DNA from: an uncultured Solirubrobacterales bacterium
Lineage (GTDB): Bacteria; Actinomycetota; Thermoleophilia; Solirubrobacterales; 70-9
Direction of reading: 5' to 3'
NCBI GenBank assembly: GCA_963816785.1
Contig: CAWFLL010000003.1
Location: forward strand, 11,889 to 75,888
DNA: 64,000 nucleotides
Each line of letters starts with the position of its first letter. The first letter of the stretch is position 1. The notes beneath the pieces were generated by a model that was not told where the DNA came from, made no database searches, and was given only the letters and a program-made list of their open reading frames with translations. Of the stretch, positions 25,809 to 35,614 are shown piece after piece. Position numbers and translations under genes: made by a program.

Positions 25809-27244
25809 TACTTGACGGGCACGGCGCCGTTGCGCGTACGCGCCTGCGCGGGCCGCTCCGTATCCCGGTGCGATCCCGGCGCGGTATCGACGATTTCCGC
25901 GATCGCCCCTTCGAGGTCGAGGCCGAAGCTGTCGAGCTCTGCCATCGCGTCGTAGTCGCCGACGAGGCCGAAGTCGATGCTCCCGTCGTAGGACATGATG
26001 CCCACGCAGAGCGCCTGGCGGCGCGCCAGCGGCACCAGCGGGAAGATCGACTGCATCCGCCGCCCGAGGACGTAGAGCGGGAATTGCGGCCCCGGCACGT
26101 TGGTGATGACGAGGTTGAAGAAGCGCTGCGCCGGCTGCAGGCGGGCGGCCTGCGAGGCGATTGTGGTCGGCGCGAAGTCGGTCAGCTTGGTCAGGATCTC
26201 CGCCCCGACCGCCTGGCCGGATCCCTTCAGGTCGCCCATCGTCCCGGTCAGGAGGCGCAGCCGCTCGACCGGGTCCTCGCACCAGACCGGGAGCGGCGCC
26301 ATCATCGCCGAGATTCGGTTGCCGAGCGCGCCGTGCTCTTCCGCCGCCCGGACGCTGACCGGGACCATCGCCCGCAGCTCGAGGCCCTCGGTGTCGTGCC
26401 CGCGGGCGCGGAGATAGTTGCCCAGCGCCCCCGTCACGACCGAGAGGACGACGTCGTTGACGGTGCCCCCGTGCAGATTCTTGACTCGCTTGAAGTCATC
26501 GAGGTCGGCGCGGACGAAAGCGAGCCGGCGGTGGGGCCCGATCTCGACGTTGAAGGGCGTGCTGGGGGCCGACATCCCGGCCTCGAGCATCTTTCCGGTC
26601 GCGCCGAGGTCGCGCAGCACCTGCCGCGGCCCGCGCAGGGTCGCGCGCACGCCGCGGACGATCTCCCGCGGGCTTGTCAGCCGCTCACGGATCGCGCCGC
26701 TGAGCAGGTCGAGGTCGCTCGGCTCGGGCCGGGGGGCCCACTTCGGCGGCCGCAGCGGCGGGGGCGGGGGCTCCTCTTCGAGGTCGAACAGGACGGTGGT
26801 TATGTCAACTCCGGAGACGCCGTCGACCAGCGCATGGTGGCTCTTGCCGACGATCGCGAAGCGATCTCCCTCCAGGCCCTCGACCAGCCACAGCTCCCAG
26901 AGCGGCTTCGAGCGGTCGAGCTGCTGGGAGAAGATCCGAGCCGCGAGGTTTCGCAGCTGCTCCTCGGAGCCCGGCGCCGGCAGCGCGGTCTGGCGGACGT
27001 GGTAGTCGAGGTTGAGGTGAGGGTCATCGACCCAGACCGGGCGGCCCTGGCTGAAGGGGACGAAGCGCAGCTTCTGGCGGAAGCGGGGAACCAGGTGCAG
27101 GCGCGACTCGATGTGATCGCGGAATTCCTCGTGGCTCGGCGGCGAGCCATCGAAGAGGATTGCCGAGGCGACGTGCATGTGGGCACCCCCTCGCTCCATG
27201 TGGAGGAAGGAGGTATCCAGTCCGGTGAGGCGATCGGCACCCAC
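25808..27244 (-). CDS. Wax ester synthase/diacylglycerol acyltransferase (WS/DGAT)
   Basis: HHALVDGVSG (HHxxxDG active site). N-terminal LDTSFLHMERGGAHMHV. C-terminal region typical of the family. Stop TAG shares one base with the nadE GTG (TAGTG). Confidence 0.9.
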   Translation of the reverse strand: MGADRLTGLDTSFLHMERGGAHMHVASAILFDGSPPSHEEFRDHIESRLHLVPRFRQKLRFVPFSQGRPVWVDDPHLNLDYHVRQTALPAPGSEEQLRNLAARIFSQQLDRSKPLWELWLVEGLEGDRFAIVGKSHHALVDGVSGVDITTVLFDLEEEPPPPPLRPPKWAPRPEPSDLDLLSGAIRERLTSPREIVRGVRATLRGPRQVLRDLGATGKMLEAGMSAPSTPFNVEIGPHRRLAFVRADLDDFKRVKNLHGGTVNDVVLSVVTGALGNYLRARGHDTEGLELRAMVPVSVRAAEEHGALGNRISAMMAPLPVWCEDPVERLRLLTGTMGDLKGSGQAVGAEILTKLTDFAPTTIASQAARLQPAQRFFNLVITNVPGPQFPLYVLGRRMQSIFPLVPLARRQALCVGIMSYDGSIDFGLVGDYDAMAELDSFGLDLEGAIAEIVDTAPGSHRDTERPAQARTRNGAVPVK

Positions 27245-27292
27245 AGCGTCATCTTCGCATACGTCGAGCCAACCGATTTCCGGTCGTCAATT

Positions 27293-27308
27293 CGGCTCTG
27301 CAGAGCCG
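27293..27308. promoter_or_regulatory. Perfect 16-bp palindrome upstream of WS/DGAT
   Basis: CGGCTCTGCAGAGCCG lies 49-64 nt upstream of the WS/DGAT start (27244, minus strand), in the divergent intergenic region. Confidence 0.4.
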
Positions 27309-27473
27309 TTTGCAGCGATCCGTGCGTGATCTCGCAGTGTGACGCCGCTCACTCCCGTCGGCGCCGAGGCCCCCTACGGTGCCCCGTCCACCAAGCAATC
27401 CATCTGCCGAGTTTCACCGCGAGCCGCGCGTCGGCTCGCCGCGTAGGCAGACGAGAAAGCGGGGACACCTCCA

Positions 27474-28118
27474 ATGCGACACCTCTTGCCGATGACGCTG
27501 CTCGCCGCCGTGCTGGCCCTCGGCCCGGCGACCGCCCTTGCCAAGAAGGCGCCTCAGAAGCCGCGCAAGCGAGTCGGATCCCACGTATCGCTCCACGTCT
27601 CCAGCCATCACGTCGTCGGCGACCGGAGCGTCGTCCTGCGCGGCCGGGTGCGGCCGCGCGGCTCGCACAGGGTCAAGATCGTCGTCCGCGGCCCGCACCG
27701 GGCTCTGCTCGGCGAGGCGAGCGCGCGCGACGGCGCCTTTGCGATGCGGTGGCGCCCACGGCGGGTCGGCGCCTACAGGGTCCGGGCCTTCGGTGTCCAT
27801 GACCGCCGGGTCCGTTCCTCGGCGAGCGTCGTGCGCCGCGTCACCGCATACCACTACGCAGGCGCTTCCTATTACGGCCCCGGCCTCTACGGCAACGGGA
27901 TGGCGTGCGGCGGCACCCTGCTGCCGGGAACCCTGGGGGTCGCCCACAAGACGCTCCCCTGCGGCACGAGGGTGAGGCTTCGCTACCGGGGGCGCACGGT
28001 GACCGTCCCGGTCGTCGACCGCGGCCCCTACGTCGCCGGGCGCGACTTCGATCTCACCACCGCGACCAGGGACCGGCTTCGGTTCCCGGGAGTCGGCACG
28101 ATCCTCGCCAGCCGGTAG
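27474..28118 (+). CDS. Secreted RlpA-like double-psi beta-barrel (DPBB) protein
   Basis: Signal peptide MRHLLPMTLLAAVLALGPATALA. C-terminal YYGPGLYGNGMACGG...HKTLPCGTRVRLRYRGRTVTVPVVDRGPY...DFDLT is the RlpA/DPBB pattern. Confidence 0.8.
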   Translation: MRHLLPMTLLAAVLALGPATALAKKAPQKPRKRVGSHVSLHVSSHHVVGDRSVVLRGRVRPRGSHRVKIVVRGPHRALLGEASARDGAFAMRWRPRRVGAYRVRAFGVHDRRVRSSASVVRRVTAYHYAGASYYGPGLYGNGMACGGTLLPGTLGVAHKTLPCGTRVRLRYRGRTVTVPVVDRGPYVAGRDFDLTTATRDRLRFPGVGTILASR

Positions 28119-28126
28119 TTCCTAGC

Positions 28127-29305
28127 TCAACCCGCGACCCCGAGCCGCAGCTGGTCCTCGCCGGCGCGGTCATCGCCCGCGGAGCCCCGGTCGGACTCGT
28201 CGGCGAACCCCGCCATCCGCACGCCGAGCAGCCGCACCGGCCGCGGCGGCGCGTAGGCGCGAAGCAGATCGAGCGCGGTGGGAACGACGATCGCCGGGTC
28301 GTTTGTCTCCCGCTCGACGGTGTGGGAGCGGGTGACCGTCGTCCAGTCGTCGAGCCGGACCTTGATCCCGATCGTCCGGCCCTCGAGATCGCGCGAGCTC
28401 AGCCGCCGGCAGAGCTCCTCCGCCAGTCCGGTGAGCGACTCCGCGAGCCGCTCCTGGTCGTCGATGTCGAGGTCGAAGGTGGTCTCGGTTGACTGCGACT
28501 TGGTCCGATGCGAGACGGCGATCGGGGTCTCGTCCTCGAATCGGGCCCGGGCCTGGAGCCAGCCCCCCATCCGGGGCCCGAATGCGCTCTCGAGCGCGGC
28601 GAGGTGGTGGGATCTGAGCGAGGCCAGGTCGGCGATGCCCATCCGCTCCAGCTTCGCCACTGTTTTCGGCCCGATTCCCGGAACGAGCCCCGGCGGGTCG
28701 CCCCCGAAGCGCTCGAGCGCCTCTTGACGGGAGAGGACGACCAGCCCGGCGGGCTTGCCCAGCTCGCTGGTGATCTTGGCGAGCAGCCGGTTCTCGGAGA
28801 TGCCGATCGAGCAGGTCAACCCGGTCTCCTCGCGGATCTCGGCGGCGATCCGGCGCATCGTCGCCTTCGGCGCAAACAGGCCGGTCAGGTCGAGATAGGC
28901 CTCGTCGAGGCCGACGACCTCGACCGTCTCGGCGTTGCGCCGGAGGACCGCCATCACCTGCCCCGAGGCCTCCCGGTAGGCAGCGAAGTCCGGCTTGATG
29001 TAGACCGCGTCCGGGAGCCTGCGGCGGGCGGTCGCCGCAGGCATCGCGGAGTGGATCCCGGCCAGCCGCCGCGCCTCGTAGCTGGCCGTCGTCACCACGG
29101 CCCGCGGCCCCGAGCCGCAGACGACGACCGGCTTGCCCCTCAGCCCAGGGCGGCGGCGCAGCTCCACCGACGCGTAGAAGGCGTCCATATCGAGGTGGGC
29201 GATGGTCCTCGCATCCGTCACCCATCGATCGTAGGACGACGGCTGGACGGTGGCGAGAAGAGCGCTCGCATCTGCTATACACGGCGACCGATGATCAGGC
29301 GGCAT
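28127..29305 (-). CDS. dinB: DNA polymerase IV (Y-family)
   Basis: HLDMDAFYASVE, VVVCG and SIGISENRLLAK blocks. The start is uncertain: ATG 29305, or GTG 29221 (VTDARTIAHLDMD). Confidence 0.9.
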   Translation of the reverse strand: MPPDHRSPCIADASALLATVQPSSYDRWVTDARTIAHLDMDAFYASVELRRRPGLRGKPVVVCGSGPRAVVTTASYEARRLAGIHSAMPAATARRRLPDAVYIKPDFAAYREASGQVMAVLRRNAETVEVVGLDEAYLDLTGLFAPKATMRRIAAEIREETGLTCSIGISENRLLAKITSELGKPAGLVVLSRQEALERFGGDPPGLVPGIGPKTVAKLERMGIADLASLRSHHLAALESAFGPRMGGWLQARARFEDETPIAVSHRTKSQSTETTFDLDIDDQERLAESLTGLAEELCRRLSSRDLEGRTIGIKVRLDDWTTVTRSHTVERETNDPAIVVPTALDLLRAYAPPRPVRLLGVRMAGFADESDRGSAGDDRAGEDQLRLGVAG

Positions 29306-29376
29306 CGTAAGAAGCGCCGGCGAAGATTCGCGAGGGCCGGCGGTCTGCCTTCGCCAACCCGGGAGGACCTGGGGCG

Positions 29377-30671
29377 ATGAGCCCTGCGGCGGATCAGCGC
29401 ACCCGATCCTGCGCGACCGAGCTGGTCTGCCGTGACTGTGGTCTCCGGCTCCCGCTTGCCGACAAGACCTTCAAGTGCCTCAGGTGCGGCCAGGGTCTCG
29501 ACATCGACTACGACTACGAGCTGGCCGCGGCGCGGCTCGCTGAGCTTCCGACCGCCGAGCGCCCGGTCAACATCTGGCGCTTCGAGGAGCTGCTGCCGAT
29601 CATCGACGCCGGGGCCCAGGCGCGGGTCGGCCGCAACAGCGGCCGCACCCCGCTGATCCACGCCGACCGGCTCGGCGCCGAGCTCGGCCTGCGGAAGCTC
29701 TACCTCAAGGACGACAGCACGGCACGTCCCAGCCTCTCCTACAAGGACCGGGTCGTCTCACTGGCGATCACCCGCCTGCTCGAGCTCGGCGACGAGGAGA
29801 TCGGCTGCGTCTCGACCGGCAATGTCGGCACCGCCGTCGCCTCGCTCGCGGCGAAGGCCGGGGTCGCGGCCTACGTCTTCTACCCGAGCAACCTCGAGCG
29901 CGGCAAGGCACGCGCCTGCCGGGCGCTCGGCGCCGCCGTGATCCAGCTCGACGGCAACTACGACGAGGCCAACCGCGCCTGCCGTGAGCTGGCGCTGGCG
30001 AGCGGCATCCAGTTCGCCAACATCACCCTGCGGCCGTTCTATGCCGAGGGCGCGAAGACGGTCGCCTTCGAGGTCGTCGAGCAGCTCGATTGGCGGGCAC
30101 CCGATCACTTCGTCATCCCGGCCGCGGGTGGGACCCTGTCCTCGCGCGTGCACAAGGGACTCGGGGAGCTGGAGACCGTCGGGCTCGCCGAGACCGCCGG
30201 GACCAAGATCAGCATCGGCCAGCCCGAGGGATGCGGGCCGATCGCCGCCGCGGTCCTCGATGGCAGCGGCAAGATCTCACCGCAGAAGCCCCACACGGCG
30301 GCGCACTCGCTGGCGATCGGCGCCCCCGGCGACGGCCCCCTGGTCGTCGACGCGGTGATGTCGCGCGGGGGCTCGGCGGCGACCGCCACCGACTCCGAGA
30401 TCTTCGAGGCGATCGACCTGCTTGGCGCCACCGAGGGCATCCTCACCGAGCCGGCCGGGGGGCGACCGTCGCCGCGACGATGAAGCTCGCCGCCGACGGC
30501 ACGCTCGGCCCCGACGACACGGTCGTGGCGGTGATCAGCGGCAACGGCTACAAGACCCTCGACGAGCATCCCGATAAGCCATGGCCCGAGATGGTCGCCT
30601 GCGAGGTCGAGACGATGGAGCGGACCCTGGCCGTCTTCCGGCGCGCGGGCGCGGGCGCAGCGATCGATTGA
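29377..30671 (+). pseudogene. thrC: Threonine synthase with one frameshift near the 3' end (or a sequencing error)
   Basis: Zn-ribbon N-terminus, PLP-Lys region PSLSYKDR, ...ILTEPAGG, then the frame breaks. The continuation ATVAATMKLAADGTLGPDDTVVAVISGNGYKT is in the frame of ORF 30090..30671. The break is at a G6 run, 30457-30462. Confidence 0.8.
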
Positions 30672-30688
30672 GACCCGGTCAGCGAATC

Positions 30689-31090
30689 ATGAGGTGGGGG
30701 GTCGCGACGGCGGTGCTCGGCGCCATTCTGCTGGCGGGTTGCGGCGACGGCGAAAGCGATGCCGAGCGGCACCAGGCCGAAGCGAAGGTGCAGGGCGAAG
30801 TCCAGGAAGGGCGGTTGAAAGCCCTGCTGAAGGTCAAACTGGCCGAACGGCAGCGGCGCGAGGAACACCCCGGCCAGACTCTGGCGCCCGCCAAGTTCAG
30901 CGGGGCCCGCGCCGAACGTTACGAAGTCGACCGCGAAGTCTGCTCGGCCCTCTCACCGTCGGAACTGGCCGTGGACCTGGGCCTCGACGAGAACTCCGAT
31001 CCGGAGGCGATCGCCGAGGCCTACGCGAAGCCCTTCCGCGGCGAGTTCCACCAGCCCTCCGTAGAGGGCTGCCTGGCAGGGCTCGAATAG
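30689..31090 (+). CDS. Putative lipoprotein
   Basis: ATG 30689 within ORF 30581..31090. MRWGVATAVLGAILLAGCGDG has a lipobox (LLAGC). Confidence 0.6.
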   Translation: MRWGVATAVLGAILLAGCGDGESDAERHQAEAKVQGEVQEGRLKALLKVKLAERQRREEHPGQTLAPAKFSGARAERYEVDREVCSALSPSELAVDLGLDENSDPEAIAEAYAKPFRGEFHQPSVEGCLAGLE

Positions 31091-31108
31091 CACCGCACCG
31101 CTAGCCGC

Positions 31109-31705
31109 TCAGCACACTAGGGTCAGGTCGACGGGCAGGTTGGACGGCGCCCCCAAATTGAACGGGAACACGTCGATGTCGTTCGGCGTGAGCGGGTTCC
31201 GCACGGTTTGAACCGTGCGCTCGGCGAGGAGCAGGATGCCGCTGGTTCGGAAGCTCACGGTCGCGGTCGCCGCGCAGTTGAGGATGCTGGATCCGAAGTG
31301 CACGCTGCATCCTTTTGAAAGCGGCGTCGCGGACACACCGGATGGGAACGGCGCCGCCGGGCTGCAATCGGCGTTCAGGGCCACGCCGATGACGTTCGAG
31401 GCGCGAACCGATCCGCCGATGTCGGCTCCGCTCAGCGAGCCGTCCGCCACCTTGGCGCCGGTGATCGTCCCGTCTGCCAGGTCAGCGCCGCTCAGGCTGC
31501 CGTCCTGCACCTTCACGCTGGTGATCGCGTTCTTCTTGACCTTCGGCCCCGTCACCGAGTTCTTCTTCAACTGCTTCGGCCCGACCGAGTTCTTGGCGAG
31601 CTGGGACGCGGCCATCGCACCACCCGCGCCCAGGGCCAGGAAAAGGGCCAGATAGGCCACAACCGTCGTGTGGCTCGGTGGTGTCAGCTTCATGTCCTTC
31701 CGCAT
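31109..31705 (-). CDS. Secreted repeat protein (KNSVT/KKNAIT..DGSLSGADL repeats)
   Basis: Hydrophobic N-terminus VVAYLALFLALGAGGAMAA. Internal repeats KNSVGPKQLKKNSVTGPKVKKNAITSVKVQDGSLSGADLADGTITGAKVADGSLSGADI. No known function recognised. Confidence 0.6.
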   Translation of the reverse strand: MRKDMKLTPPSHTTVVAYLALFLALGAGGAMAASQLAKNSVGPKQLKKNSVTGPKVKKNAITSVKVQDGSLSGADLADGTITGAKVADGSLSGADIGGSVRASNVIGVALNADCSPAAPFPSGVSATPLSKGCSVHFGSSILNCAATATVSFRTSGILLLAERTVQTVRNPLTPNDIDVFPFNLGAPSNLPVDLTLVC

Positions 31706-31982
31706 CTCCTATCCCCCAATCGTGCTGGCTCAACCCAGCTTCACGTTGACCTTCGTTCCGGGCGCGAGAAGTTTGCCCGGTTTCGGTTCTGTTTACGACC
31801 TTGCGGTTTGCTGGTGGCGTCCCGCTCAACGCCATCGCGACGGCTCCACCAACGCGCCTGCTCCTCCAGCGGCCCCGACCGTTGCCGAACCTCACCGTAT
31901 TCATCAGGTGGTCTCCGATCTTCTCGCTTCCGGGCGCGATGGACCCTACGCCCCCGAGATGACGCCGTAGTATGAACCGGCA

Positions 31983-34900
31983 ATGGATTGCGCTTCCTGC
32001 GGGCATCCCAACGCCTCGGACGCGAAATTCTGTGGTAACTGCGGAGAGCCGCTGAGCCGCCTCGGTCAGCTGCCCGAGCTGCGCGGCCTCGAACCCGGCC
32101 GGCCAGAGGTTCTGCAACGCCTGTGGCGCAGCGCTCGACGCAGCGCCGAGCGAGGCGGGCCCGCCGATGAGGGAGGGTCGCCACCGCAGCGGACCGTCGA
32201 TCCTCCCGACCACCTGGCAGCGAAGATCCGCGCCGGCGGGGCTGCGATGGAGGGCGAACGCAAGCAGGTCACGGTCCTGTTCGCCGACGTGATGGGCTCG
32301 ATGGAGCTCGCCGAGCGCTGCGACCCCGAGGAGTGGCGGCAGATCATGGATCGCTTCTTCGCGATCCTCTGCGAGGGGGTCCACCTGTTCGAGGGGACCG
32401 TCGACAAGTTCACCGGCGACGGCATCATGGCCCTGTTCGGGGCGCCGATCGCCCACGAGGACCACGCCCAGCGGGCCTGCTTCGCGGCGCTTCGCCTGAT
32501 CGACGAGCTGGCCGAGTTCACCGCCGAGCTGCGGCGGACCAAGGGGCTCAACTTCCTCGGTCCGGATGGGCCTCAACTCCGGCGAGGTGGTGGTCGGCGG
32601 GATCGGCGAGGACCTCGGGATGGAGTACACCGCGGTCGGCCACACCGTCGGCCTCGCGCAGCGCATGGAGCAGCTCGCCGAGCCGGGCAAGGCCTACCTG
32701 ACCGAGCACACCGGCGCCCTCGTCGCAGGGCTACCTGGCGCTCGCCGACCTCGGCGAGTTCGAGGTGAAGGGCTCGAGCCGCCCGCTGCGGGTCCACGAG
32801 CTGACCGGGGTCGGCTCGGCCCGCGGGCGGCTCGACATCTCCGCGGCGCGCGGCTTCTCGCGGTTCGTCGGCCGCGACGAGGAGATGAAGGTCCTCGAAA
32901 ACGCCTTCGAGCAGGCCAAGGCCGGGGAGGCGCAGGTGATCGGGATCGTCGGCGAGGCCGGCGTCGGCAAGAGCCGCCTCTGCCACGAGTTCACCCAGCG
33001 CTGGCGCGCGCGAAGGGCGTCCCCGTCTACCACACCAGCGGCCACGCCCACACCCAGTCGGTGCCGCTGATGCCGGTGATGCACCTGATGCGGAGCTACT
33101 TCGACATCACCGAGCAGGACTCCGAGCAAGCGGGCGCGGGAGCGGATCGCGGGCAAGCTGCTGCTCCTCGACGAGACGCTGGTCGAGGACCTGCCGCTGA
33201 TCTTCGACTTCCTCGCGGTCCCGGACCCCGAGCGGCCGGCCCCGCGCATGGACCCCGAGGCCCGCCGCCGCCAGCTGCTCGGGGTGGTCAAGCGCCTGAT
33301 CCGGGCCCAGAGCACGAGCGAACCCGGCATCAACCTGTACGAGGACCTGCACTGGATCGACCCGGCGAGCGAGGCGTTCCTCGCCAATCACGTCGACGCC
33401 GTGCAGGGGACCAGGAGCCTGACGATCGTCAACTTCCGGCCCGAGTACCGGGCCGACTGGATGTCGAAGCCCTACTACAGCCAGATCGCCCTCGTCCCGC
33501 TCGGCCCGGAGGCGATCGCCGAAATGCTCGACGACCTGCTCGGCTCCGATCCCTCGCTCGCCGAGCTGCCCGAGATGCTGCGCGAGCGAACCGGCGGCAA
33601 CCCGTTCTTCCTCGAAGAGGTCGTGCTGTCGCTGGTCGAGGCCGGGAACCTCGAGGGCGAGCAGCGGCGCCTACAGGCTCGCGCGGCCGGTCGAGGATGC
33701 CGGTCGTCCCGGCCAGCGTGCAGGTCGATCCTCTCCGCCCGCATCGACCGGCTCGAGCAGCGCGAGAAGGCGGTGCTGCAGTCGGCCTCGGTGATCGGCA
33801 AGGAGTTCTCCCAGTCGGTGCTCGGGCAAGGTCACTGGAGCTGGAGGCGCCGGAGCTCGAGGACGCGCTGCGCGAGCTGGTCGCGGCCGGGTTCGTCTAC
33901 GAGCAGGAGATCTACCCCGAGTCGATCTACACCTTCAAGCACCCGCTGACCCAGGAGGTCGCCTACGGGTCCCAGCTCGGCGATCGACTGCGCCGCCGAC
34001 CACGCCGCCGTCGCGCGGGCGATCGCCGAGCAGAACCCGGAGCGGCTCGACGAGCGCGCGGCGCTGCTCGCCCAGCACTGGGAGGCCGCCGGCGAGACGC
34101 TCGAGGCGGCGCGCTGGCACGCCCGCGCCGCGGCCTGGAGCGGGAACCAGGGATCCGACCGAGTCGCTCCGCGGCACTGGCGCAAGGTGCGCGAGCTCGC
34201 CGATGCGCTGCCCGGAGTCGGAGGAGACCGACGGCGCTCGGCCTCGCGGCCCGGATCTTCCTGCTCCAGTTCGGCTGGCGGCTCGGCATGTCCCACGAGG
34301 AGGCCGAGGAGCTCTTCACCGAAGCCGAGCGGATGGCGTCGAAGGCGGGCGACCTGAACTCGCGGGCGCTCCTGCTCGCGCGTCTACGCGGCGCATTCGC
34401 GGCATCAACGACGGCGACGCCCGGGCGATGGCTGAGCTCGGGTCCCAGGCGATCGCCCTCGCCGAGGAGTCCGAGGACCCGGCTCTCTACATGACGGTCG
34501 CGGGCGTACTCGTACGCGTTACTTCCTGATCGGCGAGCACCGACGGGCGGTGGCGATCCTCGATCGCGCGATGGAGCTCGGCGGCCACGACCCCGACGTC
34601 AGCCGGCGGTCGGAACCGTCGGTCTGCCCCTACGGCTGGTGCCTCGTCTTCAAGGGCGGCTACCTGTCCAGCCTCGGCGAGCTCGACGAGGCGCAGGAGC
34701 TGCTCGAGCGCGGGATCGACGCTCTGCCGCGAGAAGGGCGATATCGAGACGATCGGCTGGGGGCACATGTGGTCGTTCTGGCGCTGCTACCACGCCGGCG
34801 AGCCCGATGCGGCGCTGTCGCCCACGCCCAGCAGGCGCTGGATCATCGCCGACCGGCTGGGGACGGCGTTCTCGCGTACCTGGTCGTGGACCTTCTTCGG

Positions 34901-35425
34901 CGCGCGCCCAGATGCTGCAGGGCAGGTGGGAGCGCGGCGATCGAGGCTCTGGAGCGAGCGCTCGAGATGTCGAAAGAGCTGCGCACGGCGGTCGAGGGGA
35001 ACGGTTGGGCCCTCTTCTGGCTCGGCGAGTCATATCTCGGTTTGGGGGAGACAGACCGCGGAATCCAATTGGTCAGACAGGGCCTGGAGGTCACCCGCGC
35101 CCAGGGGCAGCCCTTCTCCGAGGCCAACGGGCATCTCATCCTGGCGCGGGTCCTGCTCGCCTCCTCGGGCGCCTCGGCGATGGAGGAGGTCGCGGGGGAG
35201 CTGGCAGAGGCGATGGAGCTGGCCCGCAAGATGGAATTCCGCATCCTGGAACCGCTGATCCACGTCGAGCAGGCGAAGATCGCCCAGCTGAGCGGAGACA
35301 CCTCGGGACACCAGCGCGAGCTGCGCGAAGCCCACAGTCTCTTCATCGAGACCGGCGCCACCGGCCACGCGGACCGCATCGCCGGCGAGCTGGAGGTGCC
35401 GGCGAGCCAGAACCCCTCTCTCTAG
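31983..35425 (+). pseudogene. Zinc-ribbon / class III adenylate-guanylate cyclase / AAA(STAND) ATPase / TPR protein, broken by many frameshifts
   Basis: Recognisable pieces occur in alternating frames: CASCGHPNASDAKFCGNCG; RKQVTVLFADVMGS...KFTGDGIMALFGAP; RMGLNSGEVVVGGIG; FEVKGSSRPLRVHEL; FVGRDEEMKVL...IGIVGEAGVGKSRL; YEDLHWIDPASEAFL; TGGNPFFLEEV; TPR-like C-terminus (ORF 34550..35425). At least about 10 frame changes. Confidence 0.75.
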
Positions 35426-35614
35426 CGTGCGCTCAGCCTCGCACCGGGTTTGCCCCACAGGTAGGGCGCCGACCTCTGGTCCGGCGACATCGATTTCTAT
35501 GACGCCTACCAGCGGATCTGGATCGCCGGTCAGAGCTTCAGGATTCCGGGCGGCATGCGCGGCTGACAGACCGGTTCGGGTCATGGCCAGGCCCGACGGC
35601 ATCCTGTTGACGGC

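Noticed and set aside
27309-27473. c-di-AMP (ydaO-type) riboswitch upstream of the RlpA-like cell-wall gene
   Set aside because: The context is suggestive and a GCGGGGAC string is present. I could not find the paired, pseudo-symmetric conserved blocks of that riboswitch by eye. An Infernal search would be needed.
25070-27802. 910-aa plus-strand ORF, extremely Arg/Pro-rich
   Set aside because: It lies antisense to nadE and WS/DGAT and has no domain-like sequence. It is a GC-frame artefact.
29377-30671. Programmed ribosomal frameshifting in thrC and the other split genes
   Set aside because: No slippery heptamer plus downstream structure was seen. The breaks are numerous and irregular, and in thrC the break sits in a plain G homopolymer. 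Indel mutation or sequencing error is the simpler explanation.
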